From: the human T2T-CHM13v2.0 reference genome, Homo sapiens
Assembly (NCBI RefSeq): GCF_009914755.1
Contig: NC_060930.1
Direction: 5' to 3' (one strand)
Length of the DNA stretch: 64,000 nucleotides
Shown here: positions 14,201 to 29,707 of the stretch, one piece after another
Layout: every line of letters begins with the position of its first letter
Position numbering within the stretch: the stretch's first letter is position 1
The notes under the pieces: model-generated
What the model was told of the DNA's origin: nothing
Databases searched by the model: none
What the model saw: the letters and a program-made list of their open reading frames with translations, nothing else
Translations under genes and position numbers: made by a program

Positions 14201-14846
14201 CACCACTTCTCTTTAACATAGTACTGGAAGTCCTAGCCACAGCAATTAGACCAGAGAAAGAAATAAAGGGCATCCAAATTGGAAAAGAGGAAGTCAAACT
14301 GTTGATATTTGCCAATGATATCATCGTACATCTAGAAAAACCTAAAGACTCATCCAAAAAGCTCCCAGATCTGATAAACAAATTTAGCAAAGTCTCAGGT
14401 TACAAAATCAATGTACACAAATCAGTAGCACTGCTTTAAATCAACAATGACCAAACTGAGAATCAAATCAAGAACGCAATCCCTTCACAATAGCTGCAAA
14501 AGAAACCTAAACAAAAACAAAAACCAACCTTATATTTTAACCAAGGAGGTGAAAGAACTTTATAAGAAAAACTAAAACACACTGCTGAAAGAAATCATCA
14601 GTAACACAAACAAATGGAAACACATCCCATGCTCACAGATGGGAAGAGTCAATATTGTGAAAATGACCACACTGCCCAAAGGAATCTACGGATTCAATGC
14701 AATTCCCATCAAAATACCAGCATCATTCTTTACAGAATTAGAAAAAGCAATCCTAAAATTTTTATGGAACCAAAAAGAGCCCACAGAGCCAAAGCAATAC
14801 TAACCAAAAAGAACAGATCTGGAGGGATCACGTTACTCAATTTCAA

Positions 14847-16445
<1,599 letters not shown>

Positions 16446-18344
16446 TCAAATTATACTACAAGGCTATAGTCACCAAAACAACATAGTACTTGTATGAAAA
16501 TATGCACATAGACCAATGGAACAGAATACAGAACCCAAAAATAAAGCCACATACTTACAGTCAGGTGATCATCAACAAAGCATACAAAAACGTAAATTAG
16601 GGAAACAATATAATATTCAATAAATGGTGCTAGAAAAACTGTCAAGCCACATGTACAAGAATGAAACTTGATCCCCATTTCTCATGTTATACAAAAATCA
16701 ACTCAAGATGGGTCAAAGGTTGATATATAAGACCTGAAACCATAAAGTTTTGGAAGATAACATCAGAAAAATTATTCTGGAAATGAGCTTAGGCAAATAA
16801 TTCATGACTAAGACACCAAAAGCAAATGCCACAAAAATAAATAAATGGGACCTAATTAAACTGAAGAGTTTCCACACAGCAAAAGAAATAAGCAGCAGAG
16901 TAAACAGACAACCCACAAAGTGGGAGAAAATATTTGCAAACTATGCATCCAACCAAGGACTAGTATCTAGAATCTATAAGGAACTCAAACAAATAAGCAA
17001 GAAGAAAACTAATAATCCCACCAACAAGTGGGCAAATGACATGAACAGCTATTTCTCAAAAGACTATACACATATGAACAACAAACATATGAAAAATGCC
17101 CAACATAACTAATAATCAGGGAAATGCAAATTAAAACCACAATGAGATACCACCTTACTCCTGAAAGAATAGCCATAATAAAAAAGTCAAAAAACAATAG
17201 ATGATAGATGTTGGCATAAATCTCATGAAAAGGAAACACTTTTAGACTGCTGGTGAGAATATAAATTAGTACAACCACTATGGAAAACAGTATGGAGAGT
17301 CCTTAAATAACCAAAAGTAGAACAATCTGGCAATTCCATTACTGCATATCTACTCAAAGGAAAAAAAGTCATTGTATGAAAAAGACACATGCATACACAT
17401 GTTTATAACAGCACAATTCACAATTGCAAAGATATGGAACTGACCTAACTGTCCATCAACCAACAAATGGATTAAAAAATGTAGTATATATACACCATGG
17501 AATATTACTCATCTGTAAAAAGAAATGAAATAATGTCTTTTGCAGCAACTTGGATGGAGTTGGATGCAATTATTTTAACTGCAATAACTCAGGAATGAAA
17601 AACAAAATATCATATTTTCTCACTTACAAGTAGGAGCTAAGCTATGAGGACACAAAGGCATAAGAGTGATAAATGGAATTTGGGGACTTAGCGGGGAAGG
17701 TTGGAAGGGGGTGAGGGATTAAAAGACTACATATTGGGTAGAGTGTTCACTGCTTTGTTGGTGGGTGCACTAAAATCTCAGAAATCACCACTAAAGAACT
17801 TATCCATGTAATCAAAAACTACTTGTAACCCTGAATCTATGGAAATAATAATAATAATAATAACATAACCTGTCTCTAAGAAAGCCCAGATATCAGACTT
17901 ACTAGAGAAGAAAAACTTAAATTAGCTATTTAAAATATATACAAAGAACTAAAGAAAATCGTGTCTACATAACTAGAACAAAAGTATGAGAATAATATCT
18001 TACCAAATAGATAACGTAAATCAAATGTGAAGAAAATGCAATTGAGATTATACATTCAGGGGCAGAGGAAAAAAAGTATAAAGAAAAGAACAAAGTCTCA
18101 AACACCTATGGGTCACCTTAAAGCATAAGAATATAAGAATAATAGGATTCCTAAAAGGAGAGCAGAGAGAGAGAGGTATAGAAAGAATATATTTTTAAAA
18201 AATGGCAAAAACTTTCAAAATTTGATGAAAAACAATCTACACATTCAAGAAACTTAATACACTTCAAGTAGACTAAACTCAAAGATTCATGCCTAGACAT
18301 GTGATGATCAAATGGTTGAAAATCAAAGACAGCCTTGGAATCTC

Positions 18345-18822
18345 TCAAAAGAATGAGAAGACAGGCCACGGAATGGGAGAAAATATTTGCAAGAGTCAAA
18401 TCTGATAAAGACTGTTACCCCAAATATGTAAAGAATTCTTAAAACATAACAAGAAAAACAAGAACTCAATTTTTAAAAAAATGAGCAAAAGACTTGAACA
18501 GACACCTCACCAAAGAAGATGTACTGATAGCAAACAAGCATATGAGAAGCATATCCTGAATACATGCCATCAGGGCATTGCAAATTAAAACAATGATATA
18601 CCATAGGCGTCTACTTATAAAATGTCCAAAATCCAAAATATTGACAAAGCAAAATGCTGGTGAGGATGTGGAACAAAAGAAACTCTCATTTATTGTTTTT
18701 GGGAATGCAAAATTGTACAGCTACTTTGGAATATAGTTTGGCAGTTTCTTTAAACTAAACATACTCTTACTATACAGTCCAATAATCACACTCCTTGGTA
18801 TTTACCCAAAGGAGTTGAAAAC
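18345..18822 (+). mobile_element. L1MC1-like ORF2 3' fragment
   Basis: gaatgggagaaaatatttgcaa...cactccttggtatttacccaaaggagttgaaaac; ends abruptly. Confidence 0.75.
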
Positions 18823-18824
18823 AC

Positions 18825-18985
18825 AACCTACCTTAAATGTGCTCAGAACACTTACATTAGCCTGCAGTTAGTAAAAGCAAAATTCAAAATTTGATGTATG
18901 CTTTCTATGGAATGCATATTGCTTTTGCATCATGGTAAAGCTGAAAAATTATAATCATGTCATCATACGTCGGGGACTGTCTGTA
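18825..18985 (+). mobile_element. MER47-like (Tigger family) right-hand fragment
   Basis: cctaccttaaatgtgctcagaacacttacattagcc...cgtcggggactgtctgta; homologous to 36128-36522. Confidence 0.75.
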
Positions 18986-20271
18986 GTTTGAAAGTAAAAG
19001 AATAAAAGATGAGAGACCTTGCAAATATTAACTGAAAGAAAACTGGAGTGACTATACTAATACCAGACAAAATAGACTTTAAAACAAAAATTGCTACTAG
19101 AGTCAAAGAATATTATATAATGATAAAAGGGTCACTCCATCAACAAGAGATAACAATTACAAATACATATACCCCTACCATCAGAGCCTGCAAATACATG
19201 AAGCAAAAGCTGACAGAATTGAAGGGAAAATAAACAATTCAACAATAGTAGCTGGAAACATCAACACTTCACTTTCAACAATGACTAAAACTAGAAAGAA
19301 GATACACAAAGAAATAGAAGACTTGAACAATACACATAAACCAACAGACATCTGTAGAACACTTACCCAACAAAAATAGAAAATATATTCTTCTCAAGTG
19401 AATACAGAACATACTCTAGATCATATATTAGTCCAAAAAAAACAAGTCTCAATACATTTAAAAGGATTGAGTCATACAAAATATGTCATCTGACTATAAT
19501 AGAATAAAATTAGAAATCAATAGCAAAAGGAAATTTTGGGAAATTTACAAATGAGGAAGAATGTTTTAAAATACCATTTGACTTTTTAAGTCAAAAATCT
19601 AATTGGGAACTTAAATAGTTTTAAAATAGTATAAATAAAGAGATGCTGCTATTAAAATTTTTGAATAACATTAGTATCTTTGATTTCTATCTTTCTCCTT
19701 AGTGCTGATGTAGAAGAATTATCCCTGTATCTGGGATCCCTTTCATCATTATCTAGGAGTTCTCTTTGAAGAAAGAAACTATACCCTGACCAGTGCCAAT
19801 CACTTTACCTTTCCATTTTCACTCTGTCCTTTACAATAAAACTGTTTTATAAACATCATTTTCAAATTGTCACTTAATAGATGCAAGATTATCATGCTAA
19901 TTGGAAGTTCAAAAGAATATTCTAAATAGCAACTCCCCAAATTAAACTGTTAGCCAAAAACTAAGTGTTTTCACTATTCTAATAAGAAAAATTCCTTCTA
20001 CCAAAGATTCTAGTCATTTTAACTTACTAAATATTTATTATGTGCATCTTTTTCTAAATACCATGGGGATTATTGTAATAAATAAGATTCAGATTCTGCC
20101 TCAGCAAACTTGTGATCTATTAGACAGATGGTGGTAGTCAGACAAGTACACAAATAGCCTCAATTACATGCAAAATGTGATAAATGCAATGATTAAGGCA
20201 CGAAAAACTATAGTGATTTAAAAAGGGAATTGTTACATCTAATTAGAGTACTTAAGAGAGGCATCTTATAA

Positions 20272-20453
20272 AGTAATGGTTCTCAACACTGGCTGCTCAT
20301 TAGTATCACACTGGGAGCTTTAAGAAACCTTGATGACCAGACTTTGCCACAGAGCAAACAAATCAGAATATCTCATGTAAGTGGCCTGAACATCAGAATT
20401 TTTTAAAGCTCCCTAAGTGATTCTAATGTGCAGCCAAATTTGAGAATCATTGT
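20272..20453. mobile_element. MER5-family hAT element
   Basis: Termini gtaatggttctcaa / ttgagaatcattg; internal aagctccctaagtgattctaatgtgcagcc. Confidence 0.75.
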
Positions 20454-20639
20454 TATAAAAGATGAGTAAGAAAGAAATAGAATTGAACAATGTGGAAAGT
20501 TTCATTTGAAAGGGGACTGAATACTAGAGCACTTGAAAAAATCCTCACTTCAATATAGCTAATATATTTTCATTCTTCCAACCTCAGCCCAATTAAAACA
20601 TTCCCTAAAAAGCTTTTCCTGACTCCTCCAATGACAGTA

Positions 20640-20890
20640 ATAATATCTTAATAATGGTAACAAAAGCTGACACTTTTTTATGCACCTTTCTATATGCCAT
20701 GTACCTTTCTAAACACTAAATATATTTCAATACGTAGCCCTCCCAATAACACTAGGAGATAGACAGTATTATTATTCCCATTTTACATGAAAGGAGGGTA
20801 AATAACTTGTCAAAGTTATTCAGCTAAGAAGTGGCAGAGCTGGGATTCAAGTACAATGGCTGCAGAATCCCTGTTCTGAAACACAACCAA
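20640..20890 (-). mobile_element. MIR
   Basis: tattattattcccattttaca...taacttgtcaaag...agtggcagagctgggattcaa. Confidence 0.75.
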
Positions 20891-20999
20891 CTATAGTCTG
20901 ATATTCCTTTTCAAGCCCCACAAAGAACACAAGTATACTTCCATCAAACCATGAAACACATCATATTGTTAAGATTTATGAGATTTTTCTCTTCCACTG

Positions 21000-21660
21000 G
21001 TCATTCATTCATTCATTCAGTTAACAATTCCTGAGCACACACTCTGTGCCAGAAATTGTGCTTGGTATCAGAAATACAAAGTCACATGTTCATATTTTAT
21101 GTCAAGGAGTTTTAGTCTACAGCAGAGGTCAGCAAACTACAGTAGATGAGTCAAATCCTGCTTGTCACCTGTTTTTGTAAATAAAGTTTTATTGAGCCAT
21201 AGCCATGCTCATTGGTTTATGTATTATCCAGAGCTGCTTTCGTGCTACCACATAAATAGCATAGTGAAATAGGTGTGACAGAGACCCTCTGGCCACAAAA
21301 CCTAAAAGATTTACTATTTGGCTCTTTATAGAAAAAGTCTGCCAACCCCTAGTGTAAAAAATATGGCAAATGAGAAAGTCATCAATGACTATCCAGTGAG
21401 GTGTATGTTATGAGGCCCAACATACTATGGGAACATAAAAGAGAAATCTAGATTAGGTTAGAGGGTCAGCAAAAGTCTTCTAGATGGCATGATATTTGAG
21501 CTAGTTTTGGAGGGCTGAGTAGAGTCAATTAGATAAAAAAGACCAGGCCGACTTTTCAGTAATATTAGACAGGCAAGGTCAACGGTGATCCAAGGAGCTA
21601 GAGTAATGACAGTAGGAATAGCAAAGAGGGTAGATAGGCTTAAATGATGTTACTTAGTTC
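21000..21660 (-). mobile_element. L2 3' region interrupted by MER58A
   Basis: (CATT)n L2 terminus followed by ctgagcac..ctgtgccag; degraded L2 resumes after 21352. Confidence 0.55.
21123..21351. mobile_element. MER58A hAT-Charlie element
   Basis: cagaggtcagcaaactac...gtaaataaagttttattg...gaaaaagtctgccaacccct with matching TIRs. Confidence 0.85.
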
Positions 21661-21983
21661 TACAGAATTTATGAAAATATATCTTTGATTTCTTGGTTCT
21701 CATTATTTAGCACAACTAGTGGTGTGTATATAGTTGGAACTCACTAAATGTTTGTTAACCAAAGAGATTAATTCTTAAGTACAAGATAAACATCTTTCAC
21801 TTTAAAAAAGGAGAAAATAGTTGCTTTCCATTCGTTCTTAAAATGATCAAACTATAACAATTCCGGATTTTCCCCCCCATTATCCTAGAGTGAAAAACAG
21901 ACCATTTTTTTCTTGTTTTTGGTTGTGTATATATACATATTAATAACAATATAGTTGTACAAATGATAAGTGGTTGCAATGTG

Positions 21984-21992
21984 CTGTACCTG
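21984..21992 (-). promoter_or_regulatory. 5' splice site CAG|GTACAG of the THEMIS exon
   Basis: Plus strand ctgtac|ctg. Similarity to THEMIS protein ends exactly here (FP-G). Confidence 0.9.
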
Positions 21993-22148
21993 GAAAATTC
22001 ATAGGCAGTTCAAATGGCTGTAGAGACTCACAACCTTCAATCTGCTCACAAATTTCAGCTATGATCTTCTTAACTTTGAGACCAGTAATTTTAATCACTT
22101 CTCCTGTTGAAAAACAGCATTCATTTCCAAACATTTCATAAATAGAGC
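21990..22148 (-). CDS. THEMIS: THEMIS internal coding exon (coding exon 2, 159 bp, phase 1-1), N-terminal part of CABIT1 domain
   Basis: Translation (G)[52 protein letters not shown](G) matches my recollection of human THEMIS aa ~31-84. Bounded by acceptor ttttctttccttttag|GC and donor CCAG|gtacag on the minus strand. Lies inside ORF-track entry 21940..22203. Confidence 0.95.
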
Positions 22149-22175
22149 CTAAAAGGAAAGAAAAGTTAAAACAGC
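22149..22175 (-). promoter_or_regulatory. 3' splice site (candidate branch point, polypyrimidine tract, AG) of the THEMIS exon
   Basis: Minus strand reads gctgttttaacttttctttccttttag|G. AG at 22150-22149; TTAAC branch-like motif about 20 nt upstream. Confidence 0.9.
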
Positions 22176-24007
22176 TTTTTAAAAAGAAAACAGTGAAAAA
22201 CAAAGTAGACTCAAAAGCTTAATATAAAGTGTTTTAATTCAGTTCCTCTCTTAGCTACCTGCTAAACAGGAATTTAATCAAGCTTGGCAAAATGTACAGC
22301 ATAGACCAGAAAAATATTAGATTTTCACTTTATTCACTGGGCCAAATATAAATAAATCTTATTTTTGTTATTTTTGTAAATTGAATTTATGATTTCCTCA
22401 GCACCCTCAGCTCATCTTACCATGGTCAAACTACAAACGTATCTTCCACTACTGAGATTTATGATCTGTTTTTGCTGGGTCACAAAATTAAGCTCATATG
22501 ACTCAAAAATGATCTAAATAACAACTGCAAACAAGGTTGTCATACAATTGGAGATGAAAAAGAGGGTCTGCACACCAGGGCTTCACATTAAGAGGGTCAT
22601 ATTTATTTATTAGATCTGGTTCTCTTCATTAGCATGAAAGTAAAACTTTTTGCCCATTTTTATCTCTTGGTTTTTGACAAGCTAGAAACCATTCTGAGTA
22701 TCTTTGTGGCGATAGGGGGCAGACCAACCCAGATAAACTGAAAAGCTTCATTTTAGTCAGTATTTCAATCGTCTTCTTGACAAACCTTTTATCATAGATG
22801 CTACAGCTAAGTTTTCATTCACTTATTTTCCTTTAATATTCCCTGATGGAAGGACAGTGAGGAGTAAAATAACCACAAGATGAACAACAGCCAAGAGCAG
22901 AGGCAAAAATTCTGGATAATCTACCCCCAGTGAAAAGGAAACAACCCAAAAACTATATCTCTGGCATATTATTGCTTTACAATTCAACACTAACTTAAGG
23001 CAAGTATAAATAAACATTATAGAGCTGTGAGCTTTTATATATATCAGTTTTTCCTGACTTCCAAGATGATTTACGTTGTCTTTGCCATACTACATGTGAA
23101 GTATATGAGCACAGCGTTTTAGGTTTGCTTGTTTGTTTTCTGAATTTTTCTGTGTAGAACCACCTCCTCATAGAATTGTTCCTGATATGTAGCATGCACC
23201 TAGAACATTTTTATGGTATTGATGGTTGCCAGAAAAGTTAGTAAGCCTGGTATCCAATCTAGCTCTAAACAACAACTCTGAGGTCATATCAGAGTCCCAA
23301 TAGGTAACAGGGCACACTCAAATTAGAATAATTTCAGGAAGTTTATCATAGGGGCCATCTTTAAAAAGAGGCACAGCCAGTTCTAGGCAACCAAAGAAAA
23401 TAAATGTCCTGACCTCACTCTTCTCCATAGGCATCCCATTAGCCAAATTCTGCCAGAAGCCAGAGGACAAGCGAGCTACTAATGTCCCCACAGAAGTCAG
23501 CTTCCCAGGCAGAGTGGGTATGAAAATCCAGCACACCCACATTACTGTCCTTATCTGAGCAAGAAGCATTTTTGCAGACAAGAAGAATACATCTAAAGAA
23601 TACATATTAAGGATAGTCTATCCATTCCTCAAGCTTCCGGTACATATTTCCATAACCCTCTCCTTGTCTCATACTATTCCCTTAACTACATATGTGCTCA
23701 TATTTTCGTTAACTTTAATGCTTAATGTTATCAGCAGGCTCAAGTCCTTTGTGGAACAAATTGAGGTATTAAAAATACTAATAAATCCACAGTGACATTT
23801 TTCCCCCAATTGACTCTGAATGGTTATTTGCTATGATCCTCATTTGGCAATTAATCACATACTAACATTTTATATCTTTAGTATTATCTCACCCTATACT
23901 TAATTTTTTATGAGTTTCAGTTTTTATGACTCCCAATTCAATTTTAAACTTCATGAGAAGAAATATTGCATTACTTTCTTGTATGACTACAACACATCAA
24001 CTTCCCC

Positions 24008-24480
24008 TGTTCATTCATTCAGCAAACTTTGATTAAAAAAAAAAACCTACTATGTTGGCGATTGGCAATAGGAATCAGAGATAAAATGCATTATTCATTC
24101 CCCCCAGAAGCATTGTCTTGAAGGGAAAGAACAATTAAGCAGACAATTGCAACAGATTAGGAGAAGGGTGTAATAAAGGAAATACAGGGCAATGTGGGAG
24201 TATACTGAAGGCATTTAATTATGCAATTACATGAAAAAGAGATTAGAGAAGGATTCCTGGAGGAGATGACTGCAGATTTGAGTTTTAAAGGAAGAGTCAC
24301 AGGACACCAGGACAGGCAGAGGAAATAGTATTTGAAAAGGCACTGAAATGTGAAAGAGCCTGATACATTCTGGAAACTTCAAGTACTTTGTTATGTCTAA
24401 AATGTAAGTAAGAAGGAGGAAGTGGTAAAAACAGAGACTAGGGAAGTAGAGGGAGTCCTGATGGTTCAGAGCATTCATTA
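24008..24480 (-). mobile_element. L2 fragment
   Basis: ttcattcattcagcaaac...cctactatgt...gaaggattcctggaggagatgac. Confidence 0.65.
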
Positions 24481-24602
24481 TTGATTCATTATCAATAAAT
24501 AAAAAAGCAATTTAAAGTATGAAGCAACCACAAAGTCACAGAATCTACATTTCCAGTTATCATGGTCCAAAAACACATTTAAGGACAGGTCATTTGTACT
24601 CT

Positions 24603-24748
24603 AAGTGTTTGCTATACAAACCTTGGTCCACCACATCACCTGAGAGCTTGTTAGAATCTTAGACCCCAGACCTACTGAATCAGAACCTGTGTTTTTAACA
24701 AGATCCCTAGATGATTTATAAGGACATTAAGGTTTGCAAACATTGGCC
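24603..24748. mobile_element. MER5A-like element
   Basis: catcacctgagagcttgttagaa...ccagacctactgaatcagaa...ttaacaagatccctagatgatt. Confidence 0.75.
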
Positions 24749-27633
24749 TAGGCAACAAATGGATAACAATATAGTCTCTGTTTGAAATTGTTGCAAAACT
24801 AACATAGAGGGGAAAATGTGTTAAGCAGAGAAAGCACTGGGCATCATTGAGTTAGAGGATGTTATAAGTGGAGAGAGGGAAAGGGAAGGCTTTTAAGTAA
24901 AGAAGCAAATAGTAAAATTTTTCTTTGTCATATTAAATGGAACATAATCTAACGTAGCCCATTTCAGCTGAAGTCTGTTGGGCTTAATTTCAGTGCACTG
25001 ATTATCTAATTGTAAATGTAATGTATATCAAATTGGCTGAGTTGGAATGTCATCTTTCTTTTAAAGGTTCAATTGGAATTCAAAATAAAAAGATAAATTT
25101 ATGTGAGATTTCATATCAATTCACATGGAATAGAAGCCAGAGAATTCTATAAAAAGAAATTTCATGAGTCTTGGTCACCACAAGAAAAGCTTTTGACTCT
25201 TCAGGTCTTTTTCCAAGCAAGTCTTTCCTTTTGGAAGAAAAAAGCTCACTTCTTTCAGTCACATAAGGAAAAGACTATCATGTAAATAATAATCTTTTGT
25301 AATTTCTCTTTAATATTTCGTGACTTCCAATGTTCTTCAACCAAGAAAGCTGTTAACTCATTTTTAATAAAGAAAGTGTTCAGAGATGTCCAGCACTAGA
25401 AAGCTAGAAAGTTATGTCTATGATAGGTGACAGGGACATATAGCAAAGCTTAAGTCGCTAAAACTGGAAATCTTGTATTTTATTATCACCAATATAATGT
25501 GTCTTAAAATATATTTTTTCCTTCTTGATAAGTTAAAATGGTGAATTTTAAAAATATCCAACTTTCATTATCTCAAAACAAACACATAATATGTGTAATT
25601 GCTTTTAAAAAAATTGCTGAGATATGTGTCTGAAATATATCTGTGTATATATAGACATACATATTAAAATGGCTTTCATTTCATTTTAACCATAAAACAT
25701 GTATTTTGAATAAGCAAATCTCGAATCTATTAAATCTTTACAGACTGATTCTATCCAAGTCAAAGCATATGTATTCAGAATAATGCCAAACATCAGAGAA
25801 AGCTGGAACAAAGCAGCCTGTTTTCAGTGATCAAACATTGCCCCTGAAGGCTGTAATGAAAGAGCCATGTGCCTTTGAAATCACCTTTTCTGTAATGCTA
25901 CTTTGCTCAATAAAAACGACACATTAATATCCTTTTATGAGCTCATCCCTTGTTTGACAATCCATATAAGCAATGCTGTGATCACATCAGAACAGCCAAA
26001 ACAATTGGTTCAATAGATTTTCTTCCATCTTCCCTACAAAGTTAAAAACGTGTGACAGTCAGCAAATAGGAAACTGCATTGGATGTTTCTCCCCTTTACT
26101 CAAATGCACTCTCCCTCCATTACTGCCTGCCCTACCACCCCCTGCCACTACACCAGGCCACCCATCCCTTTACATCCTTATTAACTTGTCAAAGTCCAAC
26201 CAATTCCAAAGCTTCAGCCCATATTTATCATTTTCTTCAAAGCCTTCCTTGATCCCTACACCTAAGTAAGAATTAATTCTCTCCTCTGTGCTCTGATAGC
26301 ACTTCATGCGTATCTCCATTAAAGCCTTATGTGATTATTATCACTCTTTCAATTGGAGTGTTATGTATATTTTGCAATTTATTATGATTTCCTAGAGAAG
26401 AGACATTATCTTAACTATATGTATACCTCCCCCACAGCTAGTAAAACAGTTTTTTTTATCACTTATTAGATGATTAGTGAATGTTGTTATAATTTTGTGT
26501 CATTGTAAAATGACAATTAATTGTTGTGAACATAATAGTGGTCCTTCTACATAAGGAGTTTAAAGCATGGTCAAGTCAAAGGTTTTTGCATGGGTTATAT
26601 CTTTATTTGGTATGTTTGATATCAAATATACAAGTGAAGTATATACAAGCTGACTATGTTGTGAATTCTCTAGACAAGGAGTAATGAGGGTAGTGGTTCT
26701 ATAATATGAATCTCTACTAGTTAAGTTTGCATAAAGAGGGAGCTCATGTGACCATCTGAGATATATTTTTATAAGCTAGGAAATTATATCTGCAAAGTAT
26801 GGCTGATAGTGTCTGATAGAACCATATCCACTGGGGTTGCCAGTGGAGATGCAACTTTGCTCATTATAAATAGGTGTGATTATTTTTTGCTTCAGGATAG
26901 CACAAATTATCAAGAAGGAGCATCCCTCTAAAGGAAATGTTTAAGTGTAAAACTATTTTATTGGCAATTGTGTACCTAGACATGGCAGTTGATGTGGCAT
27001 TGAGACCATTATGGTGATAAATTCAATTTTCCAAATGAACCTCTAGATAGGCGACCACAGGAATGAAGTTCAAAAGAGGCCATGGTTGCAATAGACATTT
27101 ATATGGCCAGTCTTCCACAAAGAGATGGTCTGCATTTCCTGTAAGGCAGAGACAATGTCATTCCCACTCTATGAAGAATGTGTCTAAAAATAAGTGAGCA
27201 TGATATTTTAATGCAGGGTACATATAAGTAGACACGAAAAAGCAAGCTTTCAGCTTTACTAAGGGTGGATACTCCCAGTTGGACACTAGATATAGCACTA
27301 AAGGTACATCTGAGAAATGCTAGGAAATGATCTTTCCAGGCCATAGAGACTCTCTCATCCCCAAAATATCAGTATTAAGAAGGCAAGGCATTGGGATTAC
27401 ATAATAAGAAAAGTTATGGCTGTGCTAAGAACTAAGGTAAAATCTCCCTAACCTCTAAGAATATAGGATTTTTCTCGTGAATTGGGGGTTTAAGTATTAT
27501 CCAGGAAGTCAAGCCTAAAGACTGAAATATGCAAAAGACTGTAGGAAATGTTGGTGAGTCTTACTTAAAACATCTGAACATGGGGAAGCAATAAAAGTTC
27601 CTACAGATTGGAAATGCTGGGGCCTGAGAGCCA

Positions 27634-27658
27634 AAAATAAATAAATAAATAAATAAAA
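27634..27658. repeat. (AAAT)n microsatellite
   Basis: Directly visible. Confidence 0.85.
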
Positions 27659-28439
27659 TCAGATTAAATAAGTACTAGGACCAAAACCCAGAAAAGAACA
27701 ACATTTCAGTCACTCTGAGTGATGTGTAAGAAATTCAGGTGACTAAGTTTCAGTGATAGAAGAAGAATAAATCACTGTTTCGTGCATTAGCTAAAAACGT
27801 ATTTGTTTAATGGTAAATTTATTAATTTAATAGATTAAATAAAACTGTACTAAGAGGGCTTACAAGTGGTTGTCATGATAGAAGTCATCATTGTGGCTCA
27901 TTGAGTAAACATTATCAGAGCAAAGGGATTTGAGGGTGTGTGTATGAAATAAATATCCCTCCTGTGTATCCACAGAACACTTATCTATGATTGTGGAACA
28001 AATCAGTGACTGTGCATCTTCTGATACTATTATTGATCAAATATTTCCCATATTTCACCCAAATTTTTACCCTCAAAATGACATAAATAATATCATAATT
28101 TCATGTATAAACAATATTGCTTTGGGAGTTGGCTTATTGTTTTAGGAAGGACTTGGTTTCAAGTACATTTTATACACATCAACATCTCTGCCTACATTTT
28201 ATATCTTAAATGTTAAATAAATTTAATATAGACATCTATAGCCATTTAAAACCATAAACTTGTTCTCTATTTCCATTTAATGAATACAAATGTACTGACT
28301 GCATTGATTATACAGGGACCCTAATGGATTACAGTGTGTTCGCACAATACATACAAAATAAAGCTTCATGTTATTATCTATTTCCCTAACTTTGTTAGCA
28401 TTAATTAAACACTCCATTAGCTATTCTGCTTGTGAATTA

Positions 28440-28847
<408 letters not shown>

Positions 28848-29380
28848 TCATTAATTGAAATTGTGCTTATATTGTGCATTTTAAAATTTTATTTTTATAA
28901 CTCATTTTTATTGTATTTTATCAAAGTACTAATTCATGATGGATCAGAAAAGGAAAATGAATTAGGTCTTCACCACGGATAGTTTTGGAAGCACTTCCAG
29001 AAGGAATTAAGTGCAAACATATGATCACAGTCAAGGCAGGGAACAAGGATGTAGTCTCAAGGAGTTAGAAAGTTAGAGTAAAATTTCAACATCCTGAAAA
29101 AGGAAAGTTATAACCTAATACACAAAGTCTTAATTAGTATTATTAACTCATCTATCTCAATGACACAGCAGCCTGAGTGCCCTAGCTAAAAGACACAGGA
29201 ATTTTAATCAACTTGACAGTAATAATTCTAATTGCAAGTTATTGTACTGGCATTCTGATTTCTACCTTATATTCTTCTGAGTTGTATGAGTTAATGCTGA
29301 TCCTAATTGACCATGGATGCTTTGAGTTGCTGGACCTATACAGCTCAGTTCCAAAGCCATAAGCAGGTGAAATCTCCTAG

Positions 29381-29707
<327 letters not shown>

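Noticed and set aside
21940-22203. 87-aa ORF as a standalone gene
   Set aside because: Only 21990-22148 matches THEMIS and it is bounded by AG/GT; the flanking residues are intronic read-through.
26823-26851. Hairpin catatccactgg-ggttg-ccagtggagatg
   Set aside because: A single short imperfect stem is expected by chance in 64 kb and is too short for a pre-miRNA.
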